A stretch of 64,000 nt of DNA from Rebecca billardiae RCC1528 (lineage: Eukaryota > Protista > Haptophyta), in NCBI GenBank assembly GCA_965240325.2, contig OZ251233.1, positions 1,364,001 to 1,428,000 of the forward strand, written 5' to 3'. Position numbers and translations under genes: made by a program. Below the pieces are notes generated by a model. It was not told where the DNA came from and ran no database searches. It worked only from the letters and a program-made list of their open reading frames with translations. This document shows positions 46,647-57,255 of this stretch, piece after piece; positions within the stretch are counted from its first letter, which is position 1, and each line of letters starts with the position of its first letter.

Positions 46647-47679
46647 CCGTACTGTCCGTGACCGTATAGTTACTCCGAGTAGTCCGTACGCGGGAGTTCT
46701 CATCCGCGTACGGTACAGTACACGTCGTCGGCTGCCAGCCTGCCACTGGCAGTGCCGATTGACCGTGCGGCGCGACCCGGGCAGAGTAGGCCACCCGCGG
46801 ACCCGCCACAGCCCGCGCACGGCAGCCGTCGCGGCTCAGGCCTTGGGGGCCCCAGGTTCAGGTCGTATATATGAGCCACTGCTTCCCTGCGTCCCGGCAC
46901 TTCCGACCGGCAGGCCATCGGCATTCAGTCATTCATCGCTTGTCAGCGGGCTCAGCGGTCAGCTTCGCGCAGCTAGGCGACTCAAGTCAAGTGCATGATG
47001 AAGTACTTATATATGAATCTTGATATGAGTGAGCAGCAGCCGTGATGCGGGTTCAGACTTCAGGCCCGCCGTTCTGGCGTTCAGGGCGCGGCAGCGGCAC
47101 AGCAGCAGGCTGCCATCATATATATCGGGCATATATATATATGCCGCGCCGAGTCCGCTGCGAGCATGCCTGCCATGCCATGATCGATCGATGCCTGCCG
47201 ATGGCATGCATGCCAGTGCGGCATGCCGCCGCAGCGCGCCAGCCCAGCCGCACTCGGCCCGCAGCCCGGCCGGCCCCGCCTGACAATAGTGACAAAAACG
47301 ACTCATTAATAATAGTATATATATATATATGACCGCGTTCCGCGGTCCTTCCGTAGAACCAACGCGCGCAGTTAGGGGCCCGCGGTGCACCCTCCGTCGG
47401 CTGCTGAGTGCTGTCTCAGTCGGACAATCATGTGTAACAGTTCGTTCGCCTCGGAGCTGCCACCGCCACAACTCAGTTGCCGCCCACCGGGCCGGCGGGC
47501 CGAGGACTGTCGCCGGCGGGCCGCCGCGCGGGGAAGCGGCCGCCGCGGGGCGGCGCGCGCGCGCAGGCAGGGCGATAGGCGCCGCGCGGCGCGGGCCGGC
47601 GCGTGCGCGCGTGCGGGCGCACAGTCTGCTTGAGGTGCTCGCGCGGCGCCATGCGCTCGACGACGGGCCGCTGGTCGCT

Positions 47680-48715
47680 CACTCAGCCGGCGCACCTCGT
47701 GCCGGCAGACGGAGCGAGAGCGCGCGCCATAACGCAGTGCTGCCCCGGCCTGCGCTACCGGCAGCCGCGCACCGAGACCGAGCGGAGCTCGGGGTGGAAC
47801 GAGGCGAGCGGCGCGTCGCGCCTGCCGCCGCGCGTGCGCGCCTGCTCCACCGCCGGACCGCGCCGCCGTCAGCTCGCCCGCCGCCTCCTCCGCCGCGTCG
47901 GCCTCGAAGACGGCTGCGGCGGCCCGAGCCAGCGGCACGGGCTGAGCCCGTGCGCGCTGGCACCCGGCGCCGATCGCCTCGACGGCCGTCTACTCCACAG
48001 CTGGCTGCTCGAGCTGCTGCACGGGGCGTCGCGACGAGGGCGCCACGCGCGCCCAGCGGCAGCGCGTCCGTCGCCGCGTCGCGCAGCGCGTCGAGCTCGG
48101 CGCCGCGCTTCGCCAGCTCGGCGCCCAGCGCCTCCGCACTCGCAGTTGGCGTGCGCGAGCGCCAGCGTGCGCATGCCGGAAACGGTGCTGCTGCTGGACT
48201 GCTCCGTCGCGGCGGATGTGGCGAGCGAGACGATGGAAGGGCACGCGAGCAGCGCCGCCAGCAGCGCGCCGTGATGCCGAGCGCGCCGCCGAGCACGCCG
48301 AGCGTCTCGCCCGCCTCGGCGCACGCGGCCTAGCCCGGCGGCTCGCGCTGCGCCTCGCAGCCGCGTGCCGCGCGAGCGGGCAGGCGAGCGCATCCAGCGC
48401 GCCGGTGCCGCCGAGCGCGCCGCCGTCCGCGCCTCGTGCCCCAGCCCGAGCCGCACCGCGCGCGCGCCGGGCCGCGCGAGCTCGCTGGCCGCGGCCTCCA
48501 CCTCGGCGTCACTCAGCGCACCGCAGCCTTCGCTCTTGCCGTGCGCGTCGGCGGGCGCCGCCGCGCCGCCCACCGGGCGCCGCCGCTTGCGCACGAGCGC
48601 GCCCGGGTCCTCGCAGCCGCCCGGCCCGCGCGCTGCCGCGGCGGCGGCCGCGCTCGCATCGAGCGCAGCGGCGGCGAGCGGCAGCGCGCGCCGCGTGCCA
48701 GCGAGAACGCATATG
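47680..48715 (-). pseudogene. Possible disrupted Ala-rich coding remnant
   Basis: Coding-like patches (LSDAEVEAAASELAR; EALGAELAKRGAELDALRDAA) split across frames and stops; no gene model resolved. Confidence 0.25.
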
Positions 48716-48841
48716 CCTGCGGGTCCGAAGGCAAAGCTCCTTTCGCCCGCTCGAAAGTGAAGGTTGTCTCGAGTTGTGTTGTGTCGATATGGAATTGTGG
48801 ACATAGAATGCTGAGCGTTTGACCAATCAACGTCTCGGAAA

Positions 48842-48902
48842 AAGGACGAAACATGACTCACACGTGTGAGTAAGGACGAAACATGACTCACACGTGTGAG
48901 TA
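48842..48902. repeat. 30-bp tandem repeat x2, each with a 16-bp palindrome
   Basis: AAGGACGAAACATGACTCACACGTGTGAGT twice; ACTCACACGTGTGAGT is self-complementary. Confidence 0.9.
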
Positions 48903-49060
48903 CTCTCGATCTCCGGGAGATATGGCCATTTCCGCCCACTGGGGTTCCTCATTATTAGGTGTAAAGTTGAGTAATTTGGCAGCGCGCAAAGGTTCGTCGT
49001 TAGTAAAGTTGAGTACTTGACGAAGACTTTTTGCCAGGAGCCCTCAGCCCGCACCCACGC

Positions 49061-49108
49061 GCCAAATAGGACGAGGACCCAAGCGCTTGGGTCCTCGTCC
49101 TATTTGGC
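49061..49108. repeat. Perfect 48-bp palindrome
   Basis: GCCAAATAGGACGAGGACCCAAGC|GCTTGGGTCCTCGTCCTATTTGGC. Confidence 0.95.
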
Positions 49109-49883
49109 AATATGCTATGAAGATTTACAACAAATCGCAGATTCGTTCACCCAGATATACTGACAAATGCACGTCCGTCCATCGACTTATGCGGAATGGC
49201 CCGGGCGCGGCTATTTCGTCAATCGCGTCTTGCTAATGCAGAGCAATGGGCGAATGAACCCCTCGAAAAAGCGAAAACTCACCCTCCAACAGCCCTCAAA
49301 ATCGTCCCCCGTCCCCTTTTCTTTGATCAAAAGATCTTTTTGACAACGTAGTGAGGGCCCCCGGCGGGGCTCCACGCTACGCGCTCCGCCCTGCACCGCG
49401 GGCCATAACTAATACTAATATATATATTAGTATTAACGCCGCGGACGGCGTAGTACTCGCGATCTCCAAGTGACCGAGACGGAGAGACTTTACTAACACC
49501 GTTGACGGCGCCGCGGCTCCGGCGCGACGCCGATCAGAATCCTGATTCATGCATTCGTAGTCCCGGACTCCGACAGTCGCCGCCATCACAGTCGGCGTCG
49601 GGGCGATGCGGGCTGTCACTGAATCAAGTGAAACTGAATACAAGGGCGTCCCCGGTGTTGACCGGGACCACGCCACGGCGGCGGCCGCGCCTGCTGGCGC
49701 CGCGCGCCGCCGCATGCCGGGGCGCAACGCAGACACGGTACGGCACTGGTTGTCCTCCAGCAGTAGCTACTGGACGCACTGGGTGTCTGGGTCTCGTCTA
49801 TGCGTCACTACAAACTTGTTACTTGAGCACTTGGTGATGAAGCGCTTCAGCCCGTGACCGAGCGAGCAGGACGCAAGACGCCC

Positions 49884-50198
49884 CTAGTGTGTGCACGAGC
49901 CGCCGTTCGCTGGGTTGTCGCACGGTAGCAAGCCAAAGTTGGCGTTGAAGATGGACTCCGTGATGGGATTTGGGGAACCGAGGAAATTCATATTCGCAGT
50001 GGCGCCCGAGAAGTGCCGAGCATCAAAGTAGCGCGGGATGTGCCACGAGTTCATCTCCCAGCTCGCCGTCCCCGGATCCTCGGTGTAGTCGCTACTGCCC
50101 GCAACGCTGTCGTTCGGACTGCCGAGGAAGTAGACCACGTCTGACTTCCACGGGTTGGGGGGCTTCTCGTCAAAGTACTCGTGCGAGCTGGTGTACAT
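49884..50198 (-). CDS. Small (104 aa) hypothetical protein with repeated FLGSPN motif
   Basis: Strong GC3 bias, complex aromatic/Asn-rich composition unlike shadow ORFs, C-terminal Cys pair. Confidence 0.6.
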   Translation of the reverse strand: MYTSSHEYFDEKPPNPWKSDVVYFLGSPNDSVAGSSDYTEDPGTASWEMNSWHIPRYFDARHFSGATANMNFLGSPNPITESIFNANFGLLPCDNPANGGSCTH

Positions 50199-50549
50199 TC
50201 AGCCCCGACGCGACGTGCAGGACGCGTAGCTGATGTCAGGTGGCCGGCACAAGCAGCCAAGCGCGCTCCCCGCCTGTTCCCTGCTCACGGCCAGCAAGTT
50301 GCGGCAGGCCAGCAAAGCAAAGTTGGTGCCGTGGCAAGGCTCTCAGCATTCAGCATGGCGGCCCGAAAATGTTACGATTACGGTTGCAGATTCGTCAGCA
50401 ATGTTCGATCGACAGCGGATGCACAGTCGTGAATCCTCACCGGTGTGGCCGACCGTGCCAGCCAGCAGCCGCGGTGGGCAGCGCCAGCAAGCAGCAGCTT
50501 GTCGTGGGGCACGCGGCGCGCACACGACCGTCCTCGGCCTAATCACGCC

Positions 50550-51556
50550 ATGTCCATCCAGTACCAGCCCGGGCCGCACTCGACACGGCTGCTGCACGAC
50601 TCGAATGGTCACCTCGAGCCCTACTTCCCGCTCCCTGCGCGCTTCGGCCCGTGGCTCACGTGGAGCCTCTCGCTGATCGCAATGGGCACACTGCTCGGCA
50701 CGACGCTGAACAACTACCTCGCGCAGCCGGCAGGGGCCAGGCGTGTGCTCGGCATATGCACGCTCGCGTCGCAGGCCCCCGCGCGCAACGTGCTCGGCAC
50801 AGCGATGTCCGCCATGGCCTTCGTCTGCTTTGTCGTGAGCTGGTCTGTCTTCCACGCGCTCTCACTGCGCCTGCAGGGCACCTCGCTTCGCAACAGCGTG
50901 CTCAACCGCTTGGCATATCGCTCCGGGACGCTGCTCGCGCTGATGCTCTTCGCGGCTGGCTGTGCCCTGCAGAACTGCAGCCTCTCAGCCCAGCTCCGCC
51001 TGGGCCTTCTATGCGCAAGTGCCGCGTGCGCGTGCGTCTACTGCGGCACGTGCACCTGGCTGGTCACGACCAACCAGCCGAGCCTGCTGCGCTCGACGCG
51101 CGACTTCTTCTGGCTCAGGCTGAAGCGTGTGCTCCTGATTGGCCTCTGTGCCGCGTTCCTCACACGGTGAGCGCCTCCGCGCCCTGCGCGCCCCCGCACT
51201 CTCGCGCCTCAGCCCTGCGCGGGGCCCTCCACCCAGCGCGGCACCGGGCTCACTCGCAGCGCCGCATCGGTGCCTGACCCACTGCTGCAGACTTGTGCTG
51301 CCGCACGCGTGGGCAAGCACGCCGCCGGTGGTGACGTGCGTGCTCGAGGACGCGGTGTTCATCATCGCATGCTGGTTCATCGGGACCCTGGCCAATGAGC
51401 TCAGGTGCGTGTCTCCCATGCGCGCACGTGTTCCGAGGCGGCGAGCGCCGCTGTGTGACACATCCACTGTGCCGCCCGCGCGGCTGCATCACCTGCGTGC
51501 GCGCTCGCAATGACAGGCACTTTTCGCTCCAGCTCCAGCCAGTCATCGTCCTGTAA
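50550..51556 (+). CDS. Frag1/DRAM/Sfk1-family multi-pass membrane protein (3 exons)
   Basis: Exons 50550-51166, 51291-51404, 51517-51556; about 6 TM segments; ICTLASQAPARNVLG, LNRLA, RLKR, CVLE..VF...WFIGTLANELR are consistent with the family. Confidence 0.65.
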
Positions 51557-51919
51557 GAGGCGCGGCGTTGAGAGAAGCCTTCCCCTCTTGCGCAACGGGC
51601 CATGCAGAGTTGGGCGTTGGCCCGAGCTGCCGATGGGCCGAGGGCCGGTGCATGCCGGGAGCCTACGGCATGCCGCATGGGTCATGAACGCATTGTACTT
51701 GTAGTAGTCATCATCAATCATCATCTAGCTGGACATCATATATATATATCAGTTGCGCCGCTCGTCGCCTGATGCTTAGTGCTTCGTCAAGTTGATGAAT
51801 AACTACGGTACCGCCGGCAACTCCGACGGTCAGCTGCGACAGTAGCGCGCGGCGATCACAGTGTCGTATGTCGTACGCGCACTATAGCGTCGGCACTGAT
51901 GGCCTGCTAGCTATATCAC

Positions 51920-51946
51920 ATATATATATATATATATATATATATA
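51920..51946. repeat. (AT)n microsatellite
   Basis: Directly visible between convergent genes; a shorter tract lies at 51738-51749. Confidence 0.93.
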
Positions 51947-52043
51947 GCGGTACGGGCAGATGCGGATCGACGCGGTTATTACGCAGGCGCTTCGCGGACC
52001 GTTGATGGACCGTATATTCATCAGCGCAGCCCTCGCCGTACCA

Positions 52044-55000
52044 CTACCAGCGGTGCGCCCGGCACCTCCGCGTCACCGGCTCAAGGATGCTGAAGACGAC
52101 CACGACTGCAAGCGGCTCGGCGATGGCAAGGGTGAGGCAGACGGCGCCGCCCCACATCGCCACGACGGCGCGCGTCTGCTGCTGGTCAAATGAGCGCGAC
52201 AAGAGCGTGGCGGCGGCGAAGAGGCCCCCTTCGAGGAGCAGCACGAACGCCCAGGCGCCGAAGGGCCGCAGCTTGGCCTGCCCCACGCTGGCAGCTCGAT
52301 TCTCGGCGATCGCACTGCGCGCCAAACCCTGCCGGCCGCTGCTGCGGCGCTCGGCGCGCACCCCATCCCGGGCGTACCACCCGATCAGCTCGTGCTCAGT
52401 GACCAGCCCGTCGAGATCGTAGTCGAGATCGCGCATGAGAGCATGGACTTCTCGCGCGGTCATCGGCTCACCGAGCTCAGCGACCAGCACGCTCAGAGCG
52501 TGCGCGTCCAGGCCGGTCACGGGCGGCGCATCGCCCGACTGGGAGCGCGCGGCGTCGAGGTACACTGCGTGCGCAGCGCGCAGCATGTGCATCTCGCGCG
52601 GGCTCAGCACGGGCGACTCGGATGCGACGGAGCGCGTGCGCGCACCGCCAGCGCTGCGCAGCACGCGTGGCGGTGTCTTGGCGACACCCACGTCCGACGA
52701 CGAGCCCACGGCGCTCGTCGCTGCGCTCGAGGGGGCCGGCGCTCCGGCCGCGGCTGCGCCTCGCGGCACATCTGGTGGAGCGGGTGCCGCCGCCTCCACG
52801 GCCGGCGCAGCCGTGTCCTCAGAGCGGGCGGGCGGCCCGCTCGGCGGCGGCGGCAACGCAGCCTTCCTGACCAACCCCGCCGCATGCGTGACGGGCACAG
52901 TGCTGGACTCGCTCGATGGCAGCGGAGGCAGCGAGCGCGGCCACTCGCGGGACGCACTCGCCTCGCTCCTGCCGCCGACGCTCCCGCGGCTCGTCGTCTC
53001 AGTGCTCGCCATCGCGGTCGTCGTCTTGGCCAAGTCCTCCGCGCTCATGGGCTTGCAGCTCGTCGTCCTGCGGAAGCTCGAGTTGCCCTCCGCGCCCGCG
53101 CTCGGCGGTGCGACCGATCGTCGCGTGTAGCTGTCTGAGGCCTCTGGGCGCGCGCACACGGGAGCTGCGGCCGCGTGCGCAGCCTGGCTGGCCATGCGGG
53201 CAGGCGCGGGCGTTGGATCCTCAGGCACGTCTGCGAGCGTTTGCAGCTGCGGCTGCGGCTGCGCGACTGGCCGTGCTGGCTGCGCCGGCTGCTGCTGCTG
53301 CGAAACCGGGACAGAGCCTTCCCCGTCGTGTGGCGCGCTCGTCGGCTGGCTCGGGGGCGGCTGCGTGCCCGTGCACGCGCTCGGCGCGGCACCAGACTCG
53401 CGGGCCTCTCCAGCCTGCGCGCCCGCCGAGGGCTGCGCGGCCGGAGTGGCCTGCGCGCCCGCCGCGAACGCACCGACCTGGAGCGCGGGCACCACGGGCG
53501 CGGGCGCGCTTGGTCCGCTGGGGCCCGCGCACGCGCCCGCCGCAGCGCTGGGCGTCGGCGTCGCATCGGTCGGCTCGGCAGCCACGTGTGCCGAGACCGC
53601 CGTGTCAGCCGGCTGCTTCGGCAACGCCGCAGCGGGGCACGCCGTGGTCACGTCCGTGCCGCGCGCGGCCATGCGCTTGGCAGTGACGCCAGAGACCATG
53701 GTGCCACACGCGGTCTTGACGGGCGCGCCGCTCACCTCGCTCGCCGCGCGCGAGGTGCGCTCCTCCGCGCGGCTCGGCTTGGGCACGGCCGTCTTGGCGA
53801 GTGCCGCCGCGCTGATCGGCTTGCACGTGACCCGAGAGGGGCCCGAGGGCGCGCGCCGTACGCCGGCGGGGGGCGGCGCGCACGCGACGCGATAGCCGTG
53901 CGAGGGCGAGCGTATCACCGCGGCGGACGGCTGCGTCGGCTCTGGCGCCGCCAGGGATTGCGCGCCGTTCGCGCGGGCATTTGCGCAAGCGTTGGAGCCG
54001 GCTGTGCCGTTGGCCTGCGAGCCGTCAGGGACCGCGAGCGCGCACCGTGCCTCCGCAGCCGCCGGCGCCAGCGGCGAGCGCGGCGCGGCGACGGGCCGAC
54101 CGGTGCCGCCGAAGTCCACTCCCACGCGCTGCCGCGACTCGGCGGCCGGCGAGCGCGGGCCGCCGGGCTGCGACGGCGGCGGGATGCGGACGGATCGCAT
54201 CTCACGGCCGTGGGCGCCGCTGCGGGTGCGCCGCGTCGTCGGCGACGACTCACTGCCGAGAGGCGAGCCCGCCACGCTCGGGTGGGGCGAAGGCGAGACG
54301 GACAGCCGCGGCGACGCGCGCAGCCTGGCGTCGCGCTCGGCGGGCGCGGCCAGCGTCCTCGAGCTGTCGTCGCGATCCTTGCCGGCGGCCGGAGAGCGTG
54401 GCGGCGAGGGCGGCGGCGAGGGCGGCGCCGGCTGCGCGGGCGGGCTGTCGTGCCCGAGCGCGGCGGCCACTCTCATCGCGAGCTCCACAGCCTGCCTCGG
54501 CGAGTCCTGGTCCTCGTCGTCCGAGCTCGAGCGGAAGAGCATCGTGGCGGGCAGACCGATGGGCGGCGGCCGCGGCGCGGCCGGCGGCACGGCCTGCTTG
54601 CTCGAGGATGCGCTGCGCGGGCGCGAGGGCGGCTGCACGAACGACGCGGCGAGTGATGAGACCTCTGCGCCCGTGAACGTGCGCGGCGCGGCGACGCCCG
54701 GCCGCGCCGTCGGCCGGTGCTGCTGCTGCAGCGGCGCGATGATCGTGCCGCGCGTCACCACCGACGGCACGTTGATGCGCGTGCTCGCCGAGTTGGGCCG
54801 CGTGCCGCCCAGCCGGTACTGCTCGAGCACCGAGCGCCCGGGCGTCGAGGCCGGCGTGACGCGGCCGCCCTCACGGGAGCACGCCCACGAGGCGGCGGGA
54901 ATGGGCGGCACCGGGGGCGGCGGCTTGCGCACAGGCACGTCGAACGGCGCGGACACGTCGTGCGAGCTCGCTCGAGCCATCGCGTCGGCGGCGCCGCCGC

Positions 55001-57223
55001 GCGCGCCCCCGGTGGACTCGTCGGGCTTCGCCATCGGGGTCGTCTTGGCGCGGACGATGGCGCGCGCGCGCTCGCTCGCCACCGCTCCCGCGGCGCCCGC
55101 ATCGCCCGAGGCCAGCAGGCGCAGTCGCGCATGCAGCCGCGCGGGCGGCGAGCGGCGCGCGGGCGTGCGCGCGCGGCAGAGCACCCAGAAGAGCCGCAGC
55201 CCGCGCAGCGCGCACGTGCCGAGCGCGGCGCAGAGGCCGGCGCCGAGCGCGGCGTGCGCGATCAGCGCGGGGGACACGCCCGCAGCCGCCTCGCCGCCGC
55301 CTGCAAACGGCGGGCGAGCGAGCAGGCAGGCGAGCGCCAGCTCGAGCACCGCGGTCGAGAAGAGCGACTGCACACTCTCCGCCACACGCTCCGCGAGGCA
55401 GGGCGGCGCGCGCAGCGCGAGGAGCGTGTGCTCGTGGAGGATGGTCGTGGCGAGGCGCGGCAGGGCGACGGGGCGGCGCGCGCCGCGCCCCTCGCCGCCG
55501 TGTGCGCCGCGACGCCCCGCGCCAGCGCCCTCCGCCCCTGCCTCCGCGCGCCCGCGCTCCGTGTCCCACGAGGAGGCGCTGCGCAGCACGGGCGGGCTGC
55601 CGTTGGCCTCGGCCGCGGCGGCGGCAGGCGCGGCGCGCGAGGCGGCGGTGCTCACCGGCGCGGTCCGACCGAACGGGCGCACCGAGCCGACGGCCGCCAC
55701 CGCCTTCTCGAGCGCGGCGGCCGAGCCCGAGACGCCAATCTCCGACAGCCGCGTCTGCTGCCACTCGCGGTAGTGCCTCTCGGCGCGGCTGTCGACGACG
55801 CCGGCGAGCAGCAGGCTGAGCAGCTGCGCGACTGCAAGCAGCATCGCCAGCAGAGAGACCGACTGGCTGAACGGAGGGCGCTCGGTCGTGAGGATGCCCG
55901 ACACGCTGTCCGGCTCGAACGCGCCGCCGCCGCCACCTCCCCCGTCCTCGCCCGCGCCGCCATCGCCCGTCGGCTCGTCCCTTGGGCGCACCTTGATGCC
56001 GGCAAACGTGCCCACGCGCGTGCAGCTGCAGTACAGCGGCGCCGGGTCGAAGCCGGCGGGCGGCTCGACCGTCTCGCACGCGCTGGAGCGCCAGCGCTGA
56101 TCGTCCGGGTCGTAGTAGTGGCAGGCCGTGACGAGCTCGCCCTCCTCGCCCGTGACTTGCAGCGCGCGGCGCGCGGCCGCCGCCTCCTCGGTGCGCGGCA
56201 GCGCGACGAGCAGCGGCTCGGCCAGGTCGAGCACAGCGAGCTGCTCGCCGTCGGGCTCGAAGAGCGCGACCGTGAGCACATGCGTCTCGAGGGGCGGCGC
56301 CACCGTGCCGTCGGACGTGGTGCTCGCGGCGTCGCCGCCCAGCTGCACGTCGCGGGAGGTCGAGAAGAGCAGCGCGTCCAGCCCGGACTCAAAGGCGCCC
56401 GCCGTGAGCTGAGATGCAATCTCGGCGGGGAGGAGCGCGCCGCCGCCGGCGGTGCCCTCCGCCGCGAGCCATCCGCCGCCGAGCAGCTCGGCCGGCGTGG
56501 CGCGCTGCGAGGTGATGTTGATCGCGCGGCCGCGCAGGCTCAGCGCGCCCGCGCCCACGACGCTGTTGACCAGCATGGCGGTGCCCAGCCTCGCGGCCGT
56601 GCTCGCCGTCCCCTCGTGCAGCAGCCGCAGCTGCTGATCGCTCAGAGCGACCGGCTCGGAGGAGAGGACGGCGTCGAGCGCCTCGAAGAGCGGCTGGACA
56701 GAGCCGGCGACGGACTCGGACTCGGCCGACGCCGCACCCTCCGCGAGTGCGGCCGCGAGCTCGACGCCGGCGACCTGCGCCTCGGCGGAGAGGGGCGCCG
56801 GAGTGCTCAGAACCGACGCGAGCGCGTTTGCGGACAGCGCCTTCGCCTCGGCCGTGGCGGCGGAGACGCCGGACGCGTCGGCGGTTACGCCGACGAGCGC
56901 GTCGACGAGCGCGCTCACCGTCCCCGCCGCCGCCGCGGACGAGAGCGCCGACGCCGCGTCGTACCGCGCCAGCCACGCCAGCACGTCGACGAGCTGGTTG
57001 GCCGACGTCGCATCGAGCCGATCGACGGCCGCGCGCGCCTGCGCGAGCAGGTCAGCCATGGCCTCGGTGAGGTTGAGCGCGGCCGGCGGCGGCTGCACCT
57101 CGATGCTCGCGTCGGCGCTCGCGAAGCCGCCCCACGTGTCGATGGCCGTCACGCGCACCGTGCGGTTGCCAGCCGGCAGCGCCGCCTCGAAGCCCGGCGA
57201 CCAGCGCGGGCCGCCGAGGAACG

Positions 57224-57255
<32 letters not shown>

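Noticed and set aside
48842-48902. Palindromic 30-bp repeats as a CRISPR array
   Set aside because: Only two adjacent copies, no spacers, no cas genes.
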